Counted from the first letter of the stretch, positions 30,515 through 40,581 are shown. The stretch: DNA of 64,000 nucleotides from Streptosporangiaceae bacterium (GCA_036555725.1 DATBKU010000039.1:742-64741), one strand, 5' to 3'. Made by a program: numbers and translations. Notes: generated by a model from the sequence alone, not told the origin.

Positions 30515-31573
30515 ATGCCCGAGGAGGTCTCCGTGCCCGCTATCGCCACCACACCCGCCGGTTCGATCGAGTCGGTCGGCTCGCCGTCGCTGTGGGCGCT
30601 GACGATCGGCGTCGTCGCCGCGCTGATCGCCCTCGACTTCGTCATCACCAGGCGCCCGCACGAGGTGTCGATGCGCGAGGCGATCGCCTGGTCCGCCTTC
30701 TACATCGCGCTGCCGCTGGCTTTCGGCGGCTTCCTGTGGGCGAGGTTCGGCGCACGGCCGGCCACGGAGTTCATCACCGGCTATGTGGTCGAAAAATCGC
30801 TGTCGGTGGACAACCTCTTCGTGTTCATGCTGCTGCTGGCGGCCTTCGCGGTGCCCGCGATCCTGGCGCAGCGCGTGCTGCTGTACGGCATCGTCGGCGC
30901 CCTCGCGCTGCGCGGCGTCTTCATCGCGCTCGGCGCGGCGGCGCTGAACACGCTCGACTGGGCGTTCCTGCTGTTCGGCGCCATCCTGCTGATCACCGCC
31001 GTCAAGATCATGCGGGACACCGTCACCGGCCACAACCAGGAGGTCGACGTCTCGGCGATGCGCTCCGTACGGCTGTTGCGGCGGCTGCTGCCGGTCACCG
31101 ACGGGTACCGCGGCCCGCGACTGCTGGTCCGTGACGGCGCCCGCCGGGCATTGACCCCGTTCGCACTGGTCGTGGTCGCGGTGCTGGCCACCGACGTGGT
31201 GTTCGCCGTCGACTCGGTCCCGGCCGTGTACGGGGTGACCGGCGACCCGTTCCTGGTGTTCGCCACCAACGCCTTCGCGCTGCTCGGCCTGCGCGCGCTC
31301 TACTTCGTGCTGCAGGGCGCGCTGGCCCGGCTCGTCCACCTCGGCTACGGCCTGGCCGCCATCCTGGCCTTCATCGGCATCAAGCTGGTGCTGCACTGGG
31401 CGCACATGAGCTGGCACAGCGTCCCGGAGGTCCCGACCGCGGTCTCGCTCGGCGTCATCGCGGCGATCCTCGCCACGGTCACCGTGACCAGCCTGCGCGC
31501 CACCCGCACCACGCAACACCGCGCCGCCCACCCGGACGACAAGGACCCCGAGCTGGCGGCGGCGGACTCCTAG
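30515..31573 (+). CDS. TerC family integral membrane protein
   Basis: GYVVEKSLSVDNLFVF and AVDSVPAVYGVT TerC motifs. The start may be GTG 30533, 5 nt after GAGGAGG. Confidence 0.9.
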   Translation: MPEEVSVPAIATTPAGSIESVGSPSLWALTIGVVAALIALDFVITRRPHEVSMREAIAWSAFYIALPLAFGGFLWARFGARPATEFITGYVVEKSLSVDNLFVFMLLLAAFAVPAILAQRVLLYGIVGALALRGVFIALGAAALNTLDWAFLLFGAILLITAVKIMRDTVTGHNQEVDVSAMRSVRLLRRLLPVTDGYRGPRLLVRDGARRALTPFALVVVAVLATDVVFAVDSVPAVYGVTGDPFLVFATNAFALLGLRALYFVLQGALARLVHLGYGLAAILAFIGIKLVLHWAHMSWHSVPEVPTAVSLGVIAAILATVTVTSLRATRTTQHRAAHPDDKDPELAAADS

Positions 31574-33073
31574 TCACACGGGGCGGGGCCGTACGTCGGT
31601 GCCGCCGCAGCCGATCTCGCTGGCGATGGCGGGGCCGCCGCCGACGGCCGCCAGCGCCTCCAGCCGTACGTACCGGGCGGTCGCGGGGCGGAACCTGACC
31701 CGTTTGAGCGCGTGGTCGCCGGCCCAGGAACCGTGGGCCACCTCCTTGAAGGTCGTGCCGTTGACGCTCACCGAGACGCGGTACGCGGTGATGTTGCCCT
31801 CGGTGATGAACGTGTCGAACGAGAAGTCGGTTGCCGTGTTCTGTCGTGGCAGGCAGGTAAGCGTGTCGAGGCGGGAGAAGACGCGGCCGAGGTCGAGGGT
31901 GACCGACTGGGGGAGCGGCGCATCGGACGTCCACAGCGTCTGGTCGGCCTGGCCGTTCCAGCCGAAGTCGCTGTGCCCGTCCGCGGCGGACGTGGCGGTG
32001 CCGCTGGTCGCGGTGGCCGTGACCGGCGTGACCGGGTGTTTCAGCACGTCCGGCTGCGCGGGCAGCGGTGGCCGGGACCGGTCGGGCCGCCACCGCGCGC
32101 CGACCTCGTGCAGCGTGTCGACGACGCTCTGGTCGAGCAGGCCCTGCGGGTTCGGCGGGCAGTTGAGAATGAACGTGCAGTAGCGCGGCTCCAGCACCTT
32201 CAGGTGGCCGTCCACGATCTGCTCGGCGGTGAGCACGTTGGTCGGTGTCGAGGGATGCCAGAACCAGCCGGACGGCGAGATGGTCTGGCCCTGCGAGGCG
32301 GCGTAGGTGTTGCCCGGCGGGCAGAACACCCCGCCCTTGGGCTCCTCGACGAACAGCAGGTCGGCGTCCCACGGCACGGTCAGCCCGTTCAGGTCGAAGA
32401 CCAGGCAGTCGGGTTGCAGCGACTGCACGTGCGCCCGGATCTCGCCCCACGGGATCGTCTGGTGGCCGAACGACCAGTGCCAGGCCCACCCGTCGAAGAT
32501 CAGCATGGGGATGGGCCCGTACCGCGTGAGCAGCTCGGTGAGCTGGTTCTTGGCGAAGTCGATCATCTCGCGCGTGATCGGCACCGTGCCGAAGTCCGGC
32601 GGCCCCACGCCGTTCGTCCGGTCCCACATGGAGAAGTACAGGCACGGCGTGACGCCCCGGGATCGGAAGGCGTCCATGTACTCGCGCACGACGTCCCGTC
32701 TAACCGAGCTGCTCATCACGTCGTACGTCGTGTACTTCGACGGCCATAGGCAGAAGCCGTCATGGTGCTTCGCGGTGAGCACGGCGAACTTCATGCCGGC
32801 GGCCTTGGCGGCGTCGGCCCACTGCTCGCAGTCGAGCTCACTCGGATTGAACGTCAGCGGGTCCTGGAACGGGTCGACCCACTCCACGTCGTGGAAGGTG
32901 CCCATGTTGAAGTGGATGAACATGCCGAAGCGCCAGTCCACGAAGCGTTTCTGCAGGGCATACCGGTTGCCCCTAGAACCGTGCTTGTCGCCGGCCCACG
33001 CGGCGGGCGCGGGCAGGGCTGCCGCCGCGCCGGCGGCAGCGGCAGTCGTGGTGAGGAAGGTCCGTCTACGCAT
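31574..33073 (-). CDS. secreted alpha-L-fucosidase (GH29) with C-terminal F5/8-type-C (CBM32-like) domain
   Basis: Twin-arginine leader MRRRTFLTTTAAAAGAAA. GH29 core (FGMFIHFNMGTF, AKHHDGFCLWPS). Discoidin-like tail (YRVSVSVNGTTF...RYVRLEA). Confidence 0.8.
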   Translation of the reverse strand: MRRRTFLTTTAAAAGAAAALPAPAAWAGDKHGSRGNRYALQKRFVDWRFGMFIHFNMGTFHDVEWVDPFQDPLTFNPSELDCEQWADAAKAAGMKFAVLTAKHHDGFCLWPSKYTTYDVMSSSVRRDVVREYMDAFRSRGVTPCLYFSMWDRTNGVGPPDFGTVPITREMIDFAKNQLTELLTRYGPIPMLIFDGWAWHWSFGHQTIPWGEIRAHVQSLQPDCLVFDLNGLTVPWDADLLFVEEPKGGVFCPPGNTYAASQGQTISPSGWFWHPSTPTNVLTAEQIVDGHLKVLEPRYCTFILNCPPNPQGLLDQSVVDTLHEVGARWRPDRSRPPLPAQPDVLKHPVTPVTATATSGTATSAADGHSDFGWNGQADQTLWTSDAPLPQSVTLDLGRVFSRLDTLTCLPRQNTATDFSFDTFITEGNITAYRVSVSVNGTTFKEVAHGSWAGDHALKRVRFRPATARYVRLEALAAVGGGPAIASEIGCGGTDVRPRPV

Positions 33074-33077
33074 AACT

Positions 33078-35984
33078 TCACCTCTGGTAGCCGGGTGAGG
33101 GGACGTCGGACACGGGCACGCCGCCGCGTTGCGTGCCCACGGTGACCAGGCTCAGCGGGCCGATCGACGCGTTCTGCTCGGCGATCACCGCGAGCGCGAG
33201 GGTGTTCCGGCCGTCCTGCCGCAGCAGGCCCGCCGGCAGGGTGAACTCGGTCTGCGGCCCGATGTCCGCGCCGTACAGGCCGAGGTTCCAGCCGTTGAGG
33301 AAGAAGTTCACCCGGGCGCCCTGCGGAATGGCTCCGCCGAACCGCAGCGCCACGGCGGTGTCCTGGCTCTTCGGCAGGTCCAGCCGGAAGCTCGTCCGGT
33401 ACCACGTGACGCCCGGCGTGACCGCGCCAGGCGCGCCCGCGGCCCACGACCGATCGGGGTAGCCGGGCAGGTGCCAGCCGGTGCGCTCGCCGTACAGGCC
33501 GCCGTTGTTGAGCGGGCCGCGCACCTTGTCGACGAGGTTCTCGCCGCCGGCGGCACCCTGGATCTTCCACGAGATCGGCGTGCTGGATCCGGTCCCTGCG
33601 CCGGTCACCGAGGCGCCGACCAGACCGCGTGGCTGGCGGTGCCGGCTCTCCTCGGCCGTCCAGTCGTCGTTGTGGCCCATGTTCTCGACCAGCACCGACA
33701 ACGTCGCCGGCGCGCCCTGCTCGAGCAGGCCCGCCGGGATCGGGAAGTCACCCGGCCCAGGGTTCGGGTTCACCGGGGCATCGGAGTCGGCCTGCACCCC
33801 GCCCGCGGCCGCGCCCAGGTAGTGACCGTTGAGCCAGACCAGGTAGCGGCCGCGCTTGCCGGTGATCGCGTTCAGCGAGACCGCGGTCTCCGCACCCGAG
33901 GCCGTGAAGTGCCCTCGATACCACACGGACCCGTAGTGGTAGCCGTACTCGTCCGCGTACAGCACCGGCAGCGTCTTCGGCGGGAACGGGCTCAGGCTGG
34001 TGGTCTTGTCGGCCACCGTCCACCGCGAGTCCTCGAACCCGGGCGCCGCCTCGGGCGCCTCGGCCCGCGTCCGCCAGCCGGTCAAGGCGGGCAGCCGGAC
34101 GGCCTTAGGCCCGGGCAGCCAGCCCTGCAGCGAGCCACTGGCGGTCGTCCGCACCGAGACGTGCGCGCCGTTCACGGTGAGCCGCGACGCGGGCGCGAAC
34201 ACCTCGACGTCTCCGGCGTGCGCCGTGTCGGCCCGCAGCGCGACGGTGCCGCCTCGGACGGCCGCGGAGCGGACGAGCGAGGTGCCGCGCACCAGCACCC
34301 CGGAGCTGGGCTGCCAGAAGGCCGCGGCCGTCTCGTCGGTGCCCAGCAGGAGCAGCAGCGGCCGCCGCCCGCCGCCGGTGATCAGCACCCGGGCCAGCCC
34401 GGAGTGCGTGTAGTCGAGCTTGAGATCGCCCGAGTCGTACGACGAGGTGACGGAGCCCGCGAGCACCTTCACCGCCGGCCGCGACGCGTAGCGCAGCACC
34501 GTCGTGCCGGCCTCGCCGTCCCGACCGTACAGCAGCGCCACGTCCCGGCCGCCGCCATAGACGTGCGTCATGATCTCCGAGCTGGACACCACGAGCCGCT
34601 GGCCACCCATGTCGTACCCGGCGACCAGCACCTTGGCGTCGCGGCCGTTCAGCCGTACCGGTACCGCGTAGTGGCCGTCCGGGGCCGCCCAGTCGAGGGC
34701 GGCCGTGTCGTCGGTCGTCGCGGCCCGGTCCGTGTGCCGTACCAGCACGAACTGCGTGCCGGTGTCGGGGTTGGCGCGGGCCTCGGTGGTGAGCGCCGCG
34801 TTGCTGGACGCAGGCCCCGAGGCCGGGTCGGTCTTGGTGAGCACCGGCGCCGCCGCCCGCAGGAAGTAGCTCTGCCGCTTGAACTCGTCGTACTTCGCGG
34901 TCAGCTGCCGGTTCTCGGTGATCTGCGACCCGTAGTCGTAGGAGGTGTAGACGTCATTGGGCTGCGACAGCCAGCCCCAGTTCGTGCCGCCGAAGCCCAT
35001 GTAGTAACTGAACGCGGTGGCGCCGCCGGCGATGAGGTTCTTCTTCTGGAAGTACTTCATGTAGCGGACGCCGGTCAGCTGGCGGCACTTGTCGTACCCG
35101 GCGTTGAACGAGTCGATGGACCCGGCCTGGTACTCGGCGGCGAACACCGGGGTATCGGCGCGCGCCCGTTCGGTGACGCCCTCGCCCCACGGCCCCCACG
35201 TCGTGTCGGGGTTCGGGCAGTCGAAGGACTGCGGGTAGTCGTCGACGCCGAGGATCTGCACGGCGCCCAGACCGTTGGCCCAGTCCGTGGTCCAGGAGGC
35301 GTTGTCGCAGCACTGGTTGTGCGTGATCGGCACGTCGATGCCGTCGGCGCGGGCCTTGGCCTGGATGTCGGCCATGTACTGCCGGTCGGTGTTCGCGGCG
35401 TACTCGTTCTCGGCGTTGTACAGCACGACCGAGCCGCCGCGCGTGATCTGGTGCCGGGCGAGGATCTTGTCGATGTGGCCGAGCCAGTCGTGGTATGCCT
35501 CGGAATACCCGGGCGCGCTGGTCCGGGCCCGGCCGGGCACGGTCTTCAGCCAGGCCGGGAAGCCGCCGCCCGTCGTCTCGGCGTTGATGTACGGACCGGG
35601 GCGGGCGATGACGTACAGGCCGGCATCCTCGGCGGTGCGCAACAGCCGGTCGACGTCGCGGACGCCGGTGAAGTCGTAGACCCCGGCCTTCGGGGAGTGG
35701 TACGCCCAGTCGAAGTAGATCGACACCGCGTTGAAGCCCTCGGCCTTGAACTTCTCCATGATGTCGCGCCACAGGTCCGGGCCGGGCAGCCGGAAGTAGT
35801 GGAACTCGCCCGCCTGCAGCAGCACCCGCTGCCCGTCGATCTTGAGCGAGTAGTGATCGTACGTCACCTCGTGCTTGACCGTGCTCGCCGGCGCGGCCGT
35901 GGACGGTCCGCCCGCGGACACCACCGCGGTGGCCGCGAGCGCGAGGGCGGCCAGGACGGCAAGGGCTCTGAATCTCGGTCTCAT
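33078..35984 (-). CDS. secreted beta-galactosidase (GH35)
   Basis: Signal peptide. GEFHYFRLP, FNAVSIYFDWAYH, ARPGPYINAETTGGGFPAWL and YNAENEY are GH35 hallmarks. Multiple beta-sandwich domains follow. Confidence 0.9.
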   Translation of the reverse strand: MRPRFRALAVLAALALAATAVVSAGGPSTAAPASTVKHEVTYDHYSLKIDGQRVLLQAGEFHYFRLPGPDLWRDIMEKFKAEGFNAVSIYFDWAYHSPKAGVYDFTGVRDVDRLLRTAEDAGLYVIARPGPYINAETTGGGFPAWLKTVPGRARTSAPGYSEAYHDWLGHIDKILARHQITRGGSVVLYNAENEYAANTDRQYMADIQAKARADGIDVPITHNQCCDNASWTTDWANGLGAVQILGVDDYPQSFDCPNPDTTWGPWGEGVTERARADTPVFAAEYQAGSIDSFNAGYDKCRQLTGVRYMKYFQKKNLIAGGATAFSYYMGFGGTNWGWLSQPNDVYTSYDYGSQITENRQLTAKYDEFKRQSYFLRAAAPVLTKTDPASGPASSNAALTTEARANPDTGTQFVLVRHTDRAATTDDTAALDWAAPDGHYAVPVRLNGRDAKVLVAGYDMGGQRLVVSSSEIMTHVYGGGRDVALLYGRDGEAGTTVLRYASRPAVKVLAGSVTSSYDSGDLKLDYTHSGLARVLITGGGRRPLLLLLGTDETAAAFWQPSSGVLVRGTSLVRSAAVRGGTVALRADTAHAGDVEVFAPASRLTVNGAHVSVRTTASGSLQGWLPGPKAVRLPALTGWRTRAEAPEAAPGFEDSRWTVADKTTSLSPFPPKTLPVLYADEYGYHYGSVWYRGHFTASGAETAVSLNAITGKRGRYLVWLNGHYLGAAAGGVQADSDAPVNPNPGPGDFPIPAGLLEQGAPATLSVLVENMGHNDDWTAEESRHRQPRGLVGASVTGAGTGSSTPISWKIQGAAGGENLVDKVRGPLNNGGLYGERTGWHLPGYPDRSWAAGAPGAVTPGVTWYRTSFRLDLPKSQDTAVALRFGGAIPQGARVNFFLNGWNLGLYGADIGPQTEFTLPAGLLRQDGRNTLALAVIAEQNASIGPLSLVTVGTQRGGVPVSDVPSPGYQR

Positions 35985-36029
35985 GGGCGCGGGCCTCCCG
36001 CGTGAGGGGTGGGTTGGCGGTCGCGAGGC

Positions 36030-36065
36030 GTCCCGCCCCCGGAGGAGTCGAGGTGGGGGCGGGAC
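36030..36065 (-). terminator. 11-bp perfect-stem hairpin between the GH3 and GH35 genes
   Basis: GTCCCGCCCCC (36030-36040) pairs with GGGGGCGGGAC (36055-36065), with a 14-nt loop. There is no U-tract. Confidence 0.4.
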
Positions 36066-36081
36066 ACCGGTCCGCGGTTGG

Positions 36082-39000
36082 TTACTTGAGTGAGAAGGTG
36101 CTGACCCGGACGTCGCCGGAGACCACCAGGTACACGTCGTGGCGGCCGGTCGCGCCGCTCAGCGCGGCGGTCGTGGTCGCGTACGTGTACTTGTCGCCGG
36201 TGGCGGCCACCGTCGCGGTGCCCACGAGGCGCCCGGTCGGGGAGTCGAGCCGGATCTGGATGGACCCGTCTCCGGTGCTCGCCTTCGCCGTCTGGGCGGT
36301 GAAGGTCTTGGCGTGCAACGCGGCGTCGGCGAACTTGACCCACCCGGCCCCGCTCACCGCGGTGCCGCCGGCCTTGCTCTCATCGACCAGCCGGACGCCG
36401 GAGTAGTCGTCGAAGGCGACCGCGCGGGTGGCCTTGGCGAGGTCACGCGCCGGGATCGTCTCGCCGTGCACGCCGAGCGCCGCCCGCTGCCGGATGTCCG
36501 CCGACGAGGCGCCGACCATCAGGTCGTAGTCGCCGGACTCCACGACCCACTTGTTCCTGGTGACGTCCCAGTGCGCCAGATCGGCGGCGCGCAGGGTGAG
36601 CCGTACGGTCTTGGTCTGGCCCGGCCGCAGGCTTACCCGCTGGAAGGCGCGCAGCTGCCTGAGCGGCTGCTTGTCGCGCGACGCCCGCTGGTGCGTGTAG
36701 AGCTGGACGACCTCGTCGCCGGCCACCTTGCCGGCATTGGTCACGTCCACGCTGACCGTCACGTTGCCGTTGCCCTTGTCGCTGGCATTGACCGAGCGCG
36801 CGCTCGGCCGCAGCCGGCTGTATTTGAACGCGGTGTACGACAGCCCGTACCCGAACGGGTAGAGCGGCGTGCCCTTGTAATAGAGGTACGTCCGGTCGGA
36901 CTTGATGATGTCGTAGTCGAGGATGCTCGGCAGGTCGCCGTCGGACCGATACCAGGTCTGGGTCAGCCGGCCCGCCGGGTTGACGTCGCCGAACAGCACG
37001 TCGGCGATGGCGTGCCCGGTCTCGGCGCCCGCGTGGGTGGTCCACAGGATCGCCGGGACGTTCTGCTGCTCCCAGTTGATCGTCGTCGGGTAGCTGTTCT
37101 CGAGCACGACGACCGTGTTCGGGTTGGCCGCGCGGACGGCTTTGACGAGGTTCTCCTGCCCCTCGGCCAGCGCCATCGTGGTGCGGTCGTGGGCCTCGCG
37201 GCCGTTGATGAACGGCATGGACCCGACCACGACGACCGCCGCGTCGGCGCCCTTGGCCGCCGCGACCGCGTTGTCGACGCCGCTGCTGATGGTCTCCTTG
37301 GAGAACTCGGTCGCGGCGTCCGGCGTGCTGGCGCCCAGGTTCAGCGTGCCGTCGGGCTGCAGGGTGAGGTAGTGGTTCTGGGTGAACCAGGTCTCCTGGG
37401 TCTCGTAGCCGGCGTACCTGATCACGTAGTTGCCGTCGGGCCGCTGTTCCAGCTTGAACTGCTGCTGGACGAACCACCCGCTGGGCTGGACCTGGTCGTT
37501 GACGAAGTTCGCGAAGTTGTACCCGACGTATTTGCCGTTGGCCGCGCTGCGCAGCGCCAGCACGCCCTGGCCCCAGTCGAAGGCGTCGAACTGGGCCGTG
37601 GTGTCGGCGGTCGTCGCGCTCTCGCCGATGACCGCGCCGCTCGCCCCGCTGCCCGCGGTGACGTACTTGCCGGTCTTGACGTCCTTGAGCGCGATCCGGT
37701 CCACGCCCTCGCTGGCGTTGACGGTGGCGCCGCCGCCGAGCCGCTCCTTGATCCCGTCGAGCGGGGTCACCTGGTACGGCAGGTTGGCGGAGTACCAGTC
37801 GGTGTAGAGGGTGTTCTCCAGCGGGCCGACGACCGCGATCTTCTTGGTGGCCTTGGCGTCCAGCGGGAGGGTCGCAGTGCCGTTCTTCTTTGGGTCGTTC
37901 TTCAGCAGCACCTGGGACGCGCCGGCGACCTTGCGGTTGAGCCGCTGGCCGGCGGCGCTGTTGATGACCGAGGCGTCGATCTTGCCGTACGGGCCGCCGT
38001 CCGGGTCGAACTCTCCCAGCCGGGTGCGGATCGACAGGATGTGCCGGACCGCGTTGTCGATGTCGGCCTCCGTGATCAGCCCCTGGTCGAGGGCCGACTT
38101 GATCGCGTTGACCGTGTTGGTGTTGTTGCCGTTGTCGATCGTGTAGCTGTCGGTACCGGCCTTGAGGATCGCGGCGTCGCCTTCGGCGAAGTTCGGGTAG
38201 TAATGCGTGTTCCAGTTCGGGTCGGTGCCCGAGCCGGCCAGGCTGTCGGGCAGCCCGGCGTCGGTGACGTTGAACAGGTCTTTCTTGCTCCAGGACCGCT
38301 CCAGCGTGCCGAGGTCCGGGTTCACCGCGTTGGGCCGCCCGTTGACCAGGTTGTACGACGACATCACGCCGGTGGCCGCGTCGGCCGAGATGGTGGGCTG
38401 GAAGGCCTGCCGGTCGTACTCGTTGAGCACCCGCTCGCGCAGCTGGACGTCCGAGGTGGCCCGGGCGACCTCGTTGTTGTTGCCGAGGTAGTGCTTCAAC
38501 GTCGGGGCCGTCAGCAGGTACTTGGCGTTGCCGCCCTCCAGGCCGCTGCCGTACGCGGTGGCCATGGTGCTGGTGAGCGTGGTGTCCTCGGAGTAGCCCT
38601 CCTCGTTGCGGCCCCAGCGCGGGTCGCGCAGCAGGTTGACCACGGGCGCCCACAGGTTCAGCCCCCACAGCTGCCGGTCGTCGTTGGTCGAGTGGTAGCC
38701 ACGGGCCTCAGTGCCGACGGTCGTGCCGACCTGCCGGATCAGCGCCGGGTCCCACGTGCTCGCCAGCCCGATGGCCTGCGGGAACACCGTGCCCTTGGCG
38801 TAGATCTGGACGCCGTTCGCGTCGCTGGTCCAGGCGTACCCGTGCAAGGCCTCGGTGCCGGTCTTGAACGCCTTGATGCCGAGACGCGGAATGGCCGGCT
38901 CGTACTGGTGCAGCAGCGAGATCTTCTCGTCCAGCGTCAGCCGGCCCAGCAGGTCGTTCACCCGCGTGGCGAGCGGCAGTTTCGGGTTCTGGAACGGGAG

Positions 39001-39126
39001 GGTGGCGCGCGCGGAGGCGGCGGGGGACAGCAAAGTGAGCACCAGCAGCAGTACGGCCGCCAGCGCGATCGGCGTCCGGCGATGGGATATGAGGCTACGA
39101 AGTGTTAGGGGTGGGTCGAGGGCCAT
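36082..39126 (-). CDS. secreted GH3 beta-glucosidase/exo-glycosidase with internal beta-trefoil-like insertion and C-terminal CBM6-like domain
   Basis: Start at MALDPPLT (ATG 39126, GGGAGGA RBS). Signal peptide. GH3 N- and C-terminal domains (NLLRDPRWGRNEEGYSED, GSMPFINGREAHDR). Tail AFDDYSGVRLVDES...IQIRLDSP is CBM6-like. Confidence 0.85.
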   Translation of the reverse strand: MALDPPLTLRSLISHRRTPIALAAVLLLVLTLLSPAASARATLPFQNPKLPLATRVNDLLGRLTLDEKISLLHQYEPAIPRLGIKAFKTGTEALHGYAWTSDANGVQIYAKGTVFPQAIGLASTWDPALIRQVGTTVGTEARGYHSTNDDRQLWGLNLWAPVVNLLRDPRWGRNEEGYSEDTTLTSTMATAYGSGLEGGNAKYLLTAPTLKHYLGNNNEVARATSDVQLRERVLNEYDRQAFQPTISADAATGVMSSYNLVNGRPNAVNPDLGTLERSWSKKDLFNVTDAGLPDSLAGSGTDPNWNTHYYPNFAEGDAAILKAGTDSYTIDNGNNTNTVNAIKSALDQGLITEADIDNAVRHILSIRTRLGEFDPDGGPYGKIDASVINSAAGQRLNRKVAGASQVLLKNDPKKNGTATLPLDAKATKKIAVVGPLENTLYTDWYSANLPYQVTPLDGIKERLGGGATVNASEGVDRIALKDVKTGKYVTAGSGASGAVIGESATTADTTAQFDAFDWGQGVLALRSAANGKYVGYNFANFVNDQVQPSGWFVQQQFKLEQRPDGNYVIRYAGYETQETWFTQNHYLTLQPDGTLNLGASTPDAATEFSKETISSGVDNAVAAAKGADAAVVVVGSMPFINGREAHDRTTMALAEGQENLVKAVRAANPNTVVVLENSYPTTINWEQQNVPAILWTTHAGAETGHAIADVLFGDVNPAGRLTQTWYRSDGDLPSILDYDIIKSDRTYLYYKGTPLYPFGYGLSYTAFKYSRLRPSARSVNASDKGNGNVTVSVDVTNAGKVAGDEVVQLYTHQRASRDKQPLRQLRAFQRVSLRPGQTKTVRLTLRAADLAHWDVTRNKWVVESGDYDLMVGASSADIRQRAALGVHGETIPARDLAKATRAVAFDDYSGVRLVDESKAGGTAVSGAGWVKFADAALHAKTFTAQTAKASTGDGSIQIRLDSPTGRLVGTATVAATGDKYTYATTTAALSGATGRHDVYLVVSGDVRVSTFSLK

Positions 39127-39159
39127 GAAGGTCCTCCCTGATGCGTAGCGGACAGGGAA

Positions 39160-39175
39160 GTCGAAGCGCTTCGAC
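39160..39175. promoter_or_regulatory. perfect 16-bp palindrome GTCGAAGCGCTTCGAC (LacI-family operator), copy 1
   Basis: Lies 34-49 nt upstream of the GH3 ATG. Confidence 0.6.
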
Positions 39176-39288
39176 AACCTGGCCGCGAAAATGAACTTCA
39201 CATACCCCGGGGAAGGTCGTCAAGGCCCAATTACGTGGGCGCTTAGAAGACTTGTGCTTTAGTGAGGCAAGGTCTAGATTCACGCCCA

Positions 39289-39302
39289 TCGAAGCGCTTC
39301 GA
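39289..39302. promoter_or_regulatory. operator copy 2, TCGAAGCGCTTCGA
   Basis: Lies 28-41 nt upstream of the LacI ATG at 39330, a position consistent with autoregulation. Confidence 0.6.
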
Positions 39303-39329
39303 CATCCGCCTCAGCGCGGACGGGGGCCC

Positions 39330-40340
39330 ATGGTCACGATTGCGGACGTTGCCCGGCATGCCGGGGTGTCACCCAGCACGGTGTCGTACGTGCTCAGCGG
39401 GAAGCGATCGATCTCCGAACAGACCCGAGTACGGGTCGAGGAGAGCATCAAGGTCCTCGGGTACCACCCGCATGCCGGTGCCCGGTCGCTGGCCAGCAGT
39501 CGCGCCAACGTGATCGCCCTGGTCGTGCCGCTCCGCACCGACATGCACGTGCCCATCCTCATGCAGTTCGCCACGTCGATCGTGACCGGCGCCCGCGAAC
39601 ACGACCACGACGTACTGCTGCTGACCGCCGACGAGGGCCCGGACGGCCTGCGCCGGGTCACCAGGTCCGCCCTGGTCGACGCGGTCATCGTGATGGACAT
39701 CGAGCTCAACGACAGCCGCGTCCCGTTCCTCCGCGAGGTCGGGTTGCCCGCCGTGCTGATCGGCTTCCCCGCCGACCCGTCCGGGCTCACCTGCGTCGAC
39801 TGGGACTTCACCGCGGCCGCGGCGATGTGCGTCGACCACCTGGCCGATCTCGGTCATCGTGAAATCGCCTTTCTCGGCTCGCCGGCCGGGGTTTTCGAAA
39901 GAGGCACCGGTTTCGCGCAGCGGACCACGTCCGGGTTCGAGTCGGCGGTGGCCCGCCGTGGCCTGCACGCGGTGGTACGGCCCTGCGAGCCGTCGCACAG
40001 CGCGGTCCGCGACACCGTCAAGCGGTTGTTCGACGACCACCCCGGGCTGACCGGGCTGGTGGTGCACAACGAGGGGGCCGTGGCGCCGCTGCTGGAGACG
40101 CTGCGCGGCCTCGGCCGCCATGTCCCGGAAAACGTCTCCGTGATCGCGATGTGCCCGGAAGACCTCGCCGAACACGTGTCCCCGCGGCTGACCGCGGTGC
40201 CCATTCCGGCGGAAGAAATCGGGCGCCGGGCCGTGGAGCTCGTCATGAGCAAGCTCGACGGTGCCGCCGACGTACCCGCCGCCACCCTGGTCGCCCCCCA
40301 CCTCCTCGCGGGCGAAAGCACCGCCACCCGGCACGCCTGA
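39330..40340 (+). CDS. LacI family transcriptional regulator
   Basis: MVTIADVARHAGVSPSTVSYVLSG HTH plus a sugar-binding fold. Confidence 0.9.
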   Translation: MVTIADVARHAGVSPSTVSYVLSGKRSISEQTRVRVEESIKVLGYHPHAGARSLASSRANVIALVVPLRTDMHVPILMQFATSIVTGAREHDHDVLLLTADEGPDGLRRVTRSALVDAVIVMDIELNDSRVPFLREVGLPAVLIGFPADPSGLTCVDWDFTAAAAMCVDHLADLGHREIAFLGSPAGVFERGTGFAQRTTSGFESAVARRGLHAVVRPCEPSHSAVRDTVKRLFDDHPGLTGLVVHNEGAVAPLLETLRGLGRHVPENVSVIAMCPEDLAEHVSPRLTAVPIPAEEIGRRAVELVMSKLDGAADVPAATLVAPHLLAGESTATRHA

Positions 40341-40450
40341 CCCGCCGAGGCCGGCTGGCGAAACAGAGCGTTACGAAGATCTCACGGCGACCCGTCGGAC
40401 CTATTGACAGGGTGCAGCCGACCTCTTAGCGTCCCCTCTCGAAGGACCTT

Positions 40451-40466
40451 GTCGAAGCGCTTCGAC
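40451..40466. promoter_or_regulatory. operator copy 3, GTCGAAGCGCTTCGAC
   Basis: Lies ~115 nt upstream of the ABC solute-binding gene. Confidence 0.6.
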
Positions 40467-40581
40467 AGTTGCCCTCAACGGCGCGTTGGCGGGGACCTCC
40501 GCTGACTCACCGCGGGCGAATGCCCTCGCACCTGGTAGACCGCCCCATGCTTGACCTTCACCCCACGCTGGAGGAACCCCG

